DNA from: Candidatus Limnocylindria bacterium
GTDB lineage: Bacteria; Chloroflexota; Limnocylindria; P2-11E
Direction: 5' to 3'
DNA length: 64,000 nucleotides
Assembly: GCA_041496945.1 (NCBI GenBank)
Contig: JBGQFO010000003.1
Span: 16,415-80,414, forward strand
Shown: in pieces, positions 1 to 8,051 of the stretch
Layout of the letters: each line of letters starts with the position of its first letter
Position numbering within the stretch: the first letter of the stretch is position 1
Made by a program: the position numbers and the translations under genes
Notes under the pieces: model-generated
What the model was told of the DNA's origin: nothing
Databases searched by the model: none
What the model saw: only the letters and a program-made list of their open reading frames with translations

Positions 1-375
1 CTCTGCCGGGTGTACGTCTCGAAGACGATCGAGTGCGAGTACTGAGGCTCGCAACGCTCCCTCCGTGGGAGGGACCAGGGCCTCACCGAGGACGATTACG
101 CCGACCTGCTGCGCTTCGAGATTTCCGATCGCTACACGCCGCGGCAGAAGGCCGCCCTCCTCTACACGAGCATGCTGGTGTGGGATCCCGAGGGCGCGGA
201 CGAGGTGGTCTGGGCGAGGCTCCGGGAGCACTTCGGCGATGCCCAGATCGTCGAGCTCGGCTCGTTCATCGCCGTGACCTTCGGCCAGCAGCGGCTCATC
301 AAGACCTGGCACGTCGGACACAACGAGCTGCCCGGCGAGCCGGGCGCCGGCCTCAGTTCCGAGGCGTCGCGCTGA
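1..375 (+). CDS. Carboxymuconolactone decarboxylase (CMD)/AhpD-like protein, 5' partial, with in-frame TGA at 43-45 (candidate selenocysteine)
   Basis: Frame 1 is open from the window edge apart from one TGA. It reads LCRVYVSKTIECEY-TGA-GSQRSLRGRDQGLTEDDYADLL, which fits the CMD/AhpD core spacing C-x-x-C-(12 aa)-G-l-t-e-e with the TGA at the 2nd Cys. The last 67 aa are track ORF 172..375. Paralogous to the next gene. The stop TGA overlaps the next ATG (TGATG). Confidence 0.6.
43..85 (+). promoter_or_regulatory. Candidate bacterial SECIS stem-loop starting at the in-frame UGA
   Basis: Lower stem 43-48 TGAGGC pairs with 80-85 GCCTCA. Upper perfect 7-bp stem 58-64 TCCCTCC pairs with 68-74 GGAGGGA. 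Apical loop GTG at 65-67, about 20 nt after the UGA, with G in the first loop position. Confidence 0.45.
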
Positions 376-743
376 TGCTGCGCCTCCCCGGGCGTACCGG
401 CTCCGAGATCCGCGCGCTGCAGCCCGGGGCGCGCGACGCGTGGTCGGAGATCGAGGCGAAGGTGCTCCACGCGGGCGTCGCGGACCAGTCGCTGAAGGAG
501 CTGTGCTTCCGCTACCTGGCGAACGAGGTCAACGTCGACGCGTACGTCGGCCGCGAACGGCTCGCGCTCGACTGGACCTACGCGATCGCCTACGACTCGG
601 CCAAGGCCGACGACGGGCTCTGGTCACGGTTGCACGCGGCGTTCAGCGAGCCCGAGCTGGTGGATCTCGGCTGCGCGATCGGTTTCGAGCTCGGGCGGCA
701 GCACTGGCGCCGGAGCGTGGGGCTGCCGGGTCGCGGCGCCTGA
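375..743 (+). CDS. CMD/AhpD-like family protein (paralog lacking the CxxC motif)
   Basis: This is the C-terminal 122 aa of track ORF 33..743, starting at internal ATG 375 (MLRLPGRTGSEIRAL...). It aligns with the upstream gene (LKELCFRYLANEVNVDAY versus LCRVYVSKTIECEY-). The first part of ORF 33..743 is an out-of-frame run-on. Confidence 0.75.
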   Translation: MLRLPGRTGSEIRALQPGARDAWSEIEAKVLHAGVADQSLKELCFRYLANEVNVDAYVGRERLALDWTYAIAYDSAKADDGLWSRLHAAFSEPELVDLGCAIGFELGRQHWRRSVGLPGRGA

Positions 744-744
744 C

Positions 745-2430
745 CTAGTCGCGCACCGCGTCCGCGATCGCGTCGTTCGCCGCATGGTCCCAGGGCACCG
801 CCACGACCGCGGGCTCGTCGAGATCGAGCGCGCGCCGCAGTGTCGCCCCCAGCTCGCCCGCGCCGGAGACGGCGAAGCCCGCGAGGCCGAAGGCGCGCGC
901 CAGCTCCACGAAGTCAGGGTTGCCGAACGCGGTGCCGAACGTGCGCCCAAAGAGACGCCGCTCGTTGACCTCGATGACCCCAAGGCGCCCATCGACGAGC
1001 ACGACGACCACGATCGGCACCTTCAGGCGCTTCGCGGTCTCGAGCTCCTGCACGTTCATGAGGAACCCGCCGTCACCGGTGAACGCCACGACCTTGCGCT
1101 CCGGCCGCACGAGCTTCGCCGCGATCGCACCCGGAAGGGCGATGCCCATGGACGCGAGCCCGTTCGAGATGACCACGGTGTTCGGGCGCTCGGTCGCGAA
1201 GTACCGCGCCAGCCACACCTTGTGCGCGCCCACATCCGAGACGACGATGTCGTCGGGCGCGAGCGCATCGCGTACGGCTCGAACCACCGCGATCGGCTGG
1301 ATGGCGATGCCGCTGGAAGAAGGCCGCGAAAGGGTCTTGACGGGGACCGCGCGCGACGCGACCAGCGAGGTCAACGCCCGCAGCGACTCGTCGATCTCAC
1401 CCACGACTTCGGCGCTGGGGTGGTAGTGGCCGTCGAGCTCGGCCGCGGTGCTGTCGACGTGGATGACGACCTTGTCGCGCTTCGGGTTCCAGAGCACGGG
1501 CGGCCACTCCACGAGGTCGTAGCCGATGGCGATGACGAGGTCAGCCCGCTCGAGCTGCGGTACGTTCTCCAGCTCCGCACCCGGGCGCTGGAGACCGACG
1601 GGCCCGAGCGAAGATCGCCCGCGCGGATCGAGAACGCCCTTCGCCATGTACGTCCAGGTCGCTGGGATGTGGCTCCGCTCTACGAAGTCCCGAAGCGAGC
1701 TGACCGTCGGGTTTCCGACGGCGTCGCGCCGCGTGACCCCGTTCCCCGCGAGGATGAGCGGCGCCTTCGCGCTGTTGATCAGCTCCGCCGCCTTCGCGAG
1801 GACCTCATCCTGTGCCTTCGGATAGGACGTGCGGCGCACCTCGAGCGCTGGCGCGTCGGTCTTCTCGGATGCGACGTCCTCGGGGAGCTCGATGTGCGTC
1901 GCGCCGGGCTTCTCGATCCGCGCGATGCGGAACGCCTTGCGCACCACCTCGGGCACGGTGTTCGCGACCGTGATGCGCGTGCTCCACTTCGTGACGGGCG
2001 CGAACATGGCGACGACGTCGATGTACTGATGCGATTCGAGGTGCACGCGCTCGAGGCCCGCCTGTCCGGTGATCGCAACGAGCGGCGCGCGGTCCAGCTG
2101 AGCGTCGGCGACGCCGGTGAGCAGGTTCGTGGCGCCCGGCCCGAGCGTCGCGAGACAGACGCCCGGGAACGAGGAGAGGCGCCCGTAGACGTCGGCCATG
2201 AATGCGGCGGCCTGCTCATGGCGCGTCAGGACGAACTGGATCTGCTTGCTGTCGTCGAGCGCGGCGTTGAGCGCGAGCGTTTCCTCGCCGGGGATCCCAA
2301 AGACGTAGCGCACGCCCTCGTTCTCGAGACAGCGGACGAGAAGCTCGGCGGCGTTCACCTGGGGATACGACAATTGTGACGGAACGCGAGCCGAAGAAGA
2401 AGACTGTTCTTTGCGCTGCCCGCTCCGCAT
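745..2430 (-). CDS. Thiamine-diphosphate-dependent acetolactate synthase-like enzyme
   Basis: Track ORF 745..2538. N-terminus NAAELLVRCLENEGVRYVFGIPGEE plus the TPP-binding region GDGGFLMNVQELETA are typical of ALS/TPP enzymes. Start placed at internal ATG 2430, preceded by GGCGGAG. Confidence 0.9.
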   Translation of the reverse strand: MRSGQRKEQSSSSARVPSQLSYPQVNAAELLVRCLENEGVRYVFGIPGEETLALNAALDDSKQIQFVLTRHEQAAAFMADVYGRLSSFPGVCLATLGPGATNLLTGVADAQLDRAPLVAITGQAGLERVHLESHQYIDVVAMFAPVTKWSTRITVANTVPEVVRKAFRIARIEKPGATHIELPEDVASEKTDAPALEVRRTSYPKAQDEVLAKAAELINSAKAPLILAGNGVTRRDAVGNPTVSSLRDFVERSHIPATWTYMAKGVLDPRGRSSLGPVGLQRPGAELENVPQLERADLVIAIGYDLVEWPPVLWNPKRDKVVIHVDSTAAELDGHYHPSAEVVGEIDESLRALTSLVASRAVPVKTLSRPSSSGIAIQPIAVVRAVRDALAPDDIVVSDVGAHKVWLARYFATERPNTVVISNGLASMGIALPGAIAAKLVRPERKVVAFTGDGGFLMNVQELETAKRLKVPIVVVVLVDGRLGVIEVNERRLFGRTFGTAFGNPDFVELARAFGLAGFAVSGAGELGATLRRALDLDEPAVVAVPWDHAANDAIADAVRD

Positions 2431-2441
2431 GATGCTCCGCC

Positions 2442-3095
2442 TTGGAAGATGTCCGCGCGGCGCTCGCGCACGTCCTGTGGATCGGCGGCGGTCCCCAAGC
2501 TGGAAAGACGACGCTCTCGCGCCTCCTCGCCGGCACATGGGACCTCAAGATCTACAACCTCGACTCGCACCCCGTTCGCGATCACGAGCCTCGGCCGAGA
2601 CCAGCGGTGGCCGCGTTCCGGCGTCTGTCGATGGACGAGCGGTGGGCATTGCCAGATGCCGAGCATCTCCTCCACCGGTCGATCGCGATCTGGGAGGAGG
2701 ACTTCAGGCTCGTCCTCGACGACCTGCTGGCCCTTCCTCGAACACGCACGATCGTCGCCGAGGGTCCGGGCGCACTCCCGTGGTGCGTCGGACCGGTCAT
2801 CGGCTCGCCGCACCAGGCGCTGTTCCTCGTCCCGACAAGCGAGCGACGTGACGTCGTGGCGGCGCGGCGGTGGGGCAACGGTCAGGTCGAGCGCTTCCCC
2901 GGGATCGTCGACCGAGAGCGCGCGCTCGCGAACGTCCGTCAGCGCGACGTCCTCCTCGATGAGCGGATCCTCGCGTCATGTGCCGAGCTCGGTCTGCGCT
3001 GCGAGCAGGTCGATGGCTCACGCGATCTCGACGACAGCGTCGCGTTGCTGGAGGACCATTTCCGCCCTTACCTGCCCGCGACACCGAACGTCTAG
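2442..3095 (+). CDS. P-loop NTPase / kinase-like protein
   Basis: Walker A motif WIGGGPQAGKTTLSRLL near the N-terminus; 217 aa. Its start lies only 11 bp from the divergent ALS-like start. Confidence 0.7.
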   Translation: MEDVRAALAHVLWIGGGPQAGKTTLSRLLAGTWDLKIYNLDSHPVRDHEPRPRPAVAAFRRLSMDERWALPDAEHLLHRSIAIWEEDFRLVLDDLLALPRTRTIVAEGPGALPWCVGPVIGSPHQALFLVPTSERRDVVAARRWGNGQVERFPGIVDRERALANVRQRDVLLDERILASCAELGLRCEQVDGSRDLDDSVALLEDHFRPYLPATPNV

Positions 3096-3262
3096 CCGCT
3101 GGCCGAGATCGACGCCTCCGCGTTCACCGGCGCGAGGAAGACGCGAGGCATCTCGGTCCGCCGCACGAGGACCGCAAGCACGAGCAGGACCACGAGCAGC
3201 AACAGACCGAACGACATCGCGCGGCGACGGCGCCAGCGGCGGACGCGCCAGCCGGGCAGCAT
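3092..3262 (-). CDS. Possible small single-pass membrane protein (56 aa)
   Basis: Not in the ORF track (under 60 aa). ATG 3262 lies 2 nt after the aldehyde dehydrogenase stop. Translation MLPGWRVRRWRRRRAMSFGLLLLVVLLVLAVLVRRTEMPRVFLAPVNAEASISASG has an Arg-rich N-terminus followed by one hydrophobic helix. Third codon positions are GC-rich. Confidence 0.3.
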   Translation of the reverse strand: MLPGWRVRRWRRRRAMSFGLLLLVVLLVLAVLVRRTEMPRVFLAPVNAEASISASG

Positions 3263-3264
3263 CG

Positions 3265-4680
3265 CTACTCGGCCTGCGGCGTGGGCTTCTGCTCCTGCGC
3301 CGGACCGATCCAGATCGTCTTGATGTTGGTGAACTCGCGGATGCCGAACGAGGAAAGCTCGCGGCCGTAGCCGCTGTGCTTCGTGCCGCCGAAGGGCAGG
3401 CGCGGGTCCGACGCGACCATCCCGTTGACGAACACCTGACCAGAGTCGATGCGCCGCGCGAGCGCTTCCGCGCGCGCGACGTCACGCGTCCAGAGGCTCG
3501 CGCCCAGGCCGTATTCGGATGAGTTCGCGAGGGCCACGGCCTCTTCGGCGTCGCGCACGCTCACCAGCGCGGCGACCGGGCCGAAGGTCTCCTCCGCGAA
3601 GACGGGCATCTCCGGCGTCACATCCACGAGCACCGTTGGCGCATAGAACGCGCCGCGCTCGCCCCAGCGGGTTCCGCCGGCGGCCACGCGCGCGCCCATC
3701 CGCACCGACTCCTTCACCTGCCGCTCGAGGTTCTCACGCAGGTCCGCGCGCGCGAGCGGCCCGACCTGCGTCCGCGGGTCGAGCGGATCGCCGATGCGCA
3801 GCGCCTCGACGCCGACGACGAAACGACGCTCGAAGTCCGGCGCGATCTCGCGCGCGACGAGGAAGCGCTTCGCCGCGATGCAGGACTGGCCGGCGTTCTG
3901 ATTGCGCGCGCGCACGCCCGTCGTGGCGGCCGCGGCGACATCCGCGTCGCCGAGCACGATGTAGGGGTCGGAGCCACCGAGCTCGAGGACGCACTTCTTC
4001 AGCGCCCGCCCGGCGGCCTGCGCGATCTGCGCGCCCGTACTCGAGCTGCCGGTGAGCGTCACGGCGCGAATGCGTTCGTCGGCGATGACCGGCTCGATCG
4101 CACTTCCCGCGAGGAGCAGCGTCCGGAAGAGACCCTCGGGAAAGCCGGCATCGCGGATGGCCTCCTCGATCGCGAGGGCCGACTGCGGCACGTTCGAGGC
4201 GTGCTTCAGCACCGCGGCGTTGCCGGCCATGAGCGCGGGCGCGGCGAAGCGGATCACCTGCCAGAACGGGTAGTTCCAGGGCATGACCGCGAGCACGATG
4301 CCGAGCGGGTCGTACGCGACGTAGCTCTTCCGGGCGTTCGTCTTCACCTCTTCGTCGGCCAGGAAGCGCGCGGCGTTCTCGGCGTAGAACTCGCAGCTCC
4401 ACGCGCACTTCTCGATCTCGGCGCGCGCCTCGCCGATCGGCTTCCCCATCTCCAGGGTCATGAGTCTCGCGTAGCCTTCGGCGCGCTCGCGAAGGACCGA
4501 TGCCAGACGGCGCATCGGGACCGCGCGCTCCGTGAACGACCGCGCGCGCCAGAGCGAGAAGGCGGCCTGTGCTTGGTCGAGCGCCTCGTTGACCTGTCCC
4601 GCGGTGTGCGGCTCGAAGGTCCGCATGATCTCGCCGGTCGCGGGATTCAGGCTCGTGATCCGCGCCGCCTGGATGGTCAT
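3265..4680 (-). CDS. NAD(P)-dependent aldehyde dehydrogenase (succinate-semialdehyde dehydrogenase-like)
   Basis: 471 aa. ALDH hallmarks are present: LELGGSDP, FQNAGQSCIAAKR (catalytic Cys) and EETFGPV. Confidence 0.92.
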   Translation of the reverse strand: MTIQAARITSLNPATGEIMRTFEPHTAGQVNEALDQAQAAFSLWRARSFTERAVPMRRLASVLRERAEGYARLMTLEMGKPIGEARAEIEKCAWSCEFYAENAARFLADEEVKTNARKSYVAYDPLGIVLAVMPWNYPFWQVIRFAAPALMAGNAAVLKHASNVPQSALAIEEAIRDAGFPEGLFRTLLLAGSAIEPVIADERIRAVTLTGSSSTGAQIAQAAGRALKKCVLELGGSDPYIVLGDADVAAAATTGVRARNQNAGQSCIAAKRFLVAREIAPDFERRFVVGVEALRIGDPLDPRTQVGPLARADLRENLERQVKESVRMGARVAAGGTRWGERGAFYAPTVLVDVTPEMPVFAEETFGPVAALVSVRDAEEAVALANSSEYGLGASLWTRDVARAEALARRIDSGQVFVNGMVASDPRLPFGGTKHSGYGRELSSFGIREFTNIKTIWIGPAQEQKPTPQAE

Positions 4681-4697
4681 GACGCGCCTCCCTCTGG

Positions 4698-5351
4698 CTA
4701 CGTGTTCACGAAGGCGTTCACGGGCTTGAAGATGTGCACCTCGACGCCCGCCGCGGCCTTCTTGAACCGCGGGCCATCGGCCTCGACGCCGACGCCCGGG
4801 TAGAAGCCGTAATGCATCGGGACCGCCACCTTTGGCTTCATCGCCTTCACCAGCGCCGCTGCCTCGTCGACGGTCATGACGTAGCCGCCATCCCCGATCG
4901 GAACGAACGCGACGTCGGTCTTGATCTTCTCGAGCTCGGGAAGGTGGTCGGTGTCGCCCGCGTGGTAGTAGGTGTGTCCGCCGAGCCGCATGACGTAGCC
5001 GACCCAGTTGTTCTTCTGGGGATGCGCCTGCAGGCGCGCGGGGTCGGCGTTGTACGCCGGCACCGTCTCGAGCCTCACGCCGGCGGCGTCGATGCGCTCT
5101 CCCGGCCGCACGGCCTTCACGGTGCCGCTCAGCTCCCGCGCCACATCGGCGGGCGCCACGAACACGGTCTTCGCAACCGTGATCTTCTTCAGGTCGTCGC
5201 CCGAGTAATGGTCACCATGCGCGTGGGTGATGAGGACGAGATCCGCGGGCGGCAGGTCGCCCTTGAGGTTCCATGGATCGATGTACAGGATCAGCTTCTC
5301 GCCCTTCCAGCGGAACCCGGACTGCTGATACCACGTGAAGTTCTTGAGCAC
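4698..5351 (-). CDS. MBL-fold metallo-hydrolase
   Basis: 217 aa with the HxHxDH motif (ITHAHGDHY). Directly abuts the FAH-family gene. Confidence 0.85.
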   Translation of the reverse strand: MLKNFTWYQQSGFRWKGEKLILYIDPWNLKGDLPPADLVLITHAHGDHYSGDDLKKITVAKTVFVAPADVARELSGTVKAVRPGERIDAAGVRLETVPAYNADPARLQAHPQKNNWVGYVMRLGGHTYYHAGDTDHLPELEKIKTDVAFVPIGDGGYVMTVDEAAALVKAMKPKVAVPMHYGFYPGVGVEADGPRFKKAAAGVEVHIFKPVNAFVNT

Positions 5352-6251
5352 CTACGTCCTCCTTTGGATCGTGTTCCGTAGCACGCCGATGCCCTCGATC
5401 TCGACCTCGACCGTATCGCCGACCTTCATGAACTCGGGCGGCTTCCGAGCGAAACCGACGCCCTCTGGCGTTCCCGTGATGAGGATGTCGCCGGGCTCGA
5501 GCTCGATGCCGGCGGAGAATTCACGGACCAGACGCGGCAGCTTGAAGACCATGAACTTGGTGTTCGAATCTTGCTTCGTCTTCCCGTTGACGCGTGTCTG
5601 GATGCGTAGGGCGGTGGGGTCGAGCTCGTCCGCCGTGACGATCCATGGCCCGAGCGGCAGATGGCTGTCGAAGTTCTTTCCCTTGAACCATTGGCCACCG
5701 TGGCGGCGCTGCACATCGCGGACCGACACATCGTTCGCACAGGTGTAGCCGAAGATGTGGGTCATCGCGTCATCCTCGGCGATGTCGCGCCCACGGCGGC
5801 CGATCACGACCGCGAGCTCGACCTCCCAGTCGAGCTCCTTGGAATGGGGTGCCGGGAACCAGACCGGCGCATCCGGCCCGGTCACCGTCGCGGGGTTCTT
5901 CGAGAAGAGCGCCGGGAATTCTGGGATGTCCTGTTGACCGGGCGCACCGGCCGTGGCGCGGACGCGCGCTCCCTCCTGGAAGTGCTCTGAGTAGTTCCAC
6001 CCGACGCAGAACACGTTCCGCCGGGGCCGCGGGATCGGCGCGAGGAGCCGCACCGACGCGACCTTCGCCCCAGAGCCGACCCGGGTCGCGAGATCCCGCA
6101 GCCGCGCATGCAATGCGTCGCCCGCCTCGATCACGCCGAGCATGTCGAGCGGCGCCTCGGGGATGGCGTCGTTGATGGGGACGAGCGTGCCATCGTTCCC
6201 GATGATCGCCACGCGCGGACCGCGGCCCGCGTCGAACGTCGCGAGACGCAT
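5352..6251 (-). CDS. Fumarylacetoacetate hydrolase (FAH) family protein
   Basis: Track ORF 5352..6404. Homology starts at internal M (MRLATFDAGRGPRVAIIGNDG). The C-terminal region GDILITGTPEGVG is typical of FAH. ATG 6251 overlaps the upstream stop by 1 nt (TGATG). Confidence 0.88.
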   Translation of the reverse strand: MRLATFDAGRGPRVAIIGNDGTLVPINDAIPEAPLDMLGVIEAGDALHARLRDLATRVGSGAKVASVRLLAPIPRPRRNVFCVGWNYSEHFQEGARVRATAGAPGQQDIPEFPALFSKNPATVTGPDAPVWFPAPHSKELDWEVELAVVIGRRGRDIAEDDAMTHIFGYTCANDVSVRDVQRRHGGQWFKGKNFDSHLPLGPWIVTADELDPTALRIQTRVNGKTKQDSNTKFMVFKLPRLVREFSAGIELEPGDILITGTPEGVGFARKPPEFMKVGDTVEVEIEGIGVLRNTIQRRT

Positions 6252-6760
6252 CAGCCGACCTGGGGCGCGGGCTTCTCCACGGGCCAGCCCGCGTAGATCC
6301 GCCGGTAATAGAGGAGCGGCGTGCCTCCAAGCTCGGCACCGCCGTCGACGCTCCCGATGAAGATCCAGTGGTCGCCGCCCTCGAGCTCCTGGACGACCGA
6401 GCACTCCGCATAGGCGAGCGCGTGTTCATGAAGGATGGGCGCGCCCTTCGCCACGGATGAGGGCTGCCAGGGAACGCCAGCGAACTTGTCGTCCGACTTC
6501 GACGCGAACCTGGTGGCCACGTCCTCCGCCCCGACCTTGAGGAAGTTGAGCACGAACGATCGGGTGTGCTTCAGGGCGCGGAGCGTTCGCGAGGTCTTGT
6601 CGATCGAGACGAGCACCAGCGGTGGCTCGGTCGATAGGCCGACATACGACTGCGTGGTGAGGCCCCTTGGCTCGCCGCTCGGGTCGCGGGTGGTGACGAT
6701 CGTGATCCCCGTGGGGAACGAGCTGGACAGGTGTCGATAGAGGTCGCGATCGACCGGCAT
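6251..6760 (-). CDS. Flavin reductase (NAD(P)H:FMN oxidoreductase, RutF/HpaC-like)
   Basis: 169 aa. LSSSFPTGITIVTT...LVLVSIDKTSRT is typical of the flavin reductase domain. Confidence 0.88.
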   Translation of the reverse strand: MPVDRDLYRHLSSSFPTGITIVTTRDPSGEPRGLTTQSYVGLSTEPPLVLVSIDKTSRTLRALKHTRSFVLNFLKVGAEDVATRFASKSDDKFAGVPWQPSSVAKGAPILHEHALAYAECSVVQELEGGDHWIFIGSVDGGAELGGTPLLYYRRIYAGWPVEKPAPQVG

Positions 6761-6779
6761 GGAACTCGAAGTGTAGGTA

Positions 6780-6802
6780 CTCCGGACCGTTCCGGTCCGG
6801 AG
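6780..6802. promoter_or_regulatory. Perfect 9-bp inverted repeat CTCCGGACC-N5-GGTCCGGAG in a divergent promoter region
   Basis: Read directly from the sequence. It lies 20 nt upstream of the flavin reductase start (6760) and 84 nt upstream of the dsbA-like start (6886). It could be an operator or a 5'UTR hairpin. Confidence 0.3.
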
Positions 6803-6885
6803 TGTCCTGCAGCTGCGCCGCTGGCTACGCTGTAGTGACCTTCGGCACTTGCGAGCGTGCGGTGTGCCGTCAGTACCATCGATCG

Positions 6886-7632
6886 ATGCCCCGTTCGAAA
6901 CACCGCGCCCGCACGCGCCCGCAGCCCCGCCCCGACCACGGCCCGGCGGTCCAGCAGCGCGCGCGCCGTGGACGCTTCTCGCCGGCGCAGCTCGCCGGTG
7001 TATCCGTCCTCGCCGTCATCGGCGTGGTCGCGCTCATCGGGTTCGGCGTCGTCAGCGCGCAGGTGCCGGCGACCACGCTCCCCACGGCGACGGCGTCGAC
7101 GCCCGGGATCACCCAGAGCGGGCACGCGCGGGGCCAGGCGAGCGCGCCGGTGACGATCGAGGAATGGGCGGACTTCCAGTGCCCGGCCTGCGGTCAGTTC
7201 GCGCGGATCGTCGCGCCCACGCTGCTCTCGACATACGTGGCGAAGGGCCAGGTCGCGCTCGTGTTCCACCACATGGCCTTCCTCGGCCAGGAATCGAGCT
7301 GGGCGGCCGAGGCGGCTGAGTGCGCGGGCGAGCAGGGCAAGTTCTTCGAATACCACGACAAGCTCTTCAGCTCGCAGGCCGGCGAGAACCGCGGCGCTTT
7401 CTCTAAGGACAACCTCAAGCGCTTCGGCACCGACATCGGCCTCGCGCCATCGTTCGCCGCCTGCGTCGACTCGGGCAAGTATGCGCAGGCGGTCCGTGAC
7501 GACACGAAGCTCGGCGAGGGCCGCGGCGTGACCGCGACGCCGACGCTGTTCGTCAACGGGCGCAAGATCGAGGGCGTGCCCTCGTTCGACCAGCTGAAGG
7601 CGATCATCGATCCGCTGCTGGTCGGGCGATAG
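6886..7632 (+). CDS. DsbA-family thiol:disulfide oxidoreductase, membrane anchored
   Basis: Track ORF 6802..7632, with start placed at internal ATG 6886. N-terminal TM segment LAGVSVLAVIGVVALIGFGVV. Thioredoxin-fold CxxC motif WADFQCPACGQF. Confidence 0.85.
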   Translation: MPRSKHRARTRPQPRPDHGPAVQQRARRGRFSPAQLAGVSVLAVIGVVALIGFGVVSAQVPATTLPTATASTPGITQSGHARGQASAPVTIEEWADFQCPACGQFARIVAPTLLSTYVAKGQVALVFHHMAFLGQESSWAAEAAECAGEQGKFFEYHDKLFSSQAGENRGAFSKDNLKRFGTDIGLAPSFAACVDSGKYAQAVRDDTKLGEGRGVTATPTLFVNGRKIEGVPSFDQLKAIIDPLLVGR

Positions 7633-7634
7633 GC

Positions 7635-8051
7635 CTGACCGCGCGCCGCGTCGCCGCCGCCGTCGCGGCCATCGGCACCGCGGTCTCCGCCTATCTGACC
7701 TGGGTGCACTACTCCGGCTCGCTGGCGCTCTGCATCGGCGTCGGCGGCTGCGAGGCCGTGCAGACGAGCCGCTTCGCGATGCTCGGCGACATCCCGGTCG
7801 CGCTCATGGGCCTGGCTGGGTTCGCGCTCATCCTGCTCGTCGCGATCGCTCGACTGCGGTCCGATCGCCCGGAACTGGATCTCGCGCTCTTCGCGCTCTC
7901 GCTTGCCGCAACGCTCTACGTGACGTACCTGAGCTACGTCGAGGTGTTCGTGCTCGGCGCGATCTGCCCCTGGTGCGTGAGCGTCGCGATCTGCGCGGTC
8001 GCGGTCTTCAGCCTTGCCGCGCGCGAGGTCTTCCGCTCCGCGCCATCCTGA
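7635..8051 (+). CDS. Vitamin K epoxide reductase (VKOR) family protein
   Basis: Track ORF 7704..8051 contains the loop Cys pair CIGVGGC and the CPWC active site. The first TM helix (LTARRVAAAVAAIGTAVSAYLTW) is in frame upstream of the first canonical start, so the start is tentatively set at in-frame CTG 7635. Confidence 0.8.
   Translation: MTARRVAAAVAAIGTAVSAYLTWVHYSGSLALCIGVGGCEAVQTSRFAMLGDIPVALMGLAGFALILLVAIARLRSDRPELDLALFALSLAATLYVTYLSYVEVFVLGAICPWCVSVAICAVAVFSLAAREVFRSAPS

Noticed and set aside
33-374. N-terminal part of track ORF 33..743
   Set aside because: Arg/Pro/Gly-rich translation in a frame that overlaps the better-supported CMD-like frame 1. The real gene in this frame starts at ATG 375.
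784-2379. 531-aa plus-strand ORF antisense to the acetolactate synthase-like gene
   Set aside because: Arg/Asp/Glu/His-rich low-complexity translation typical of a shadow ORF in GC-rich DNA. The opposite strand has clear TPP-enzyme homology.
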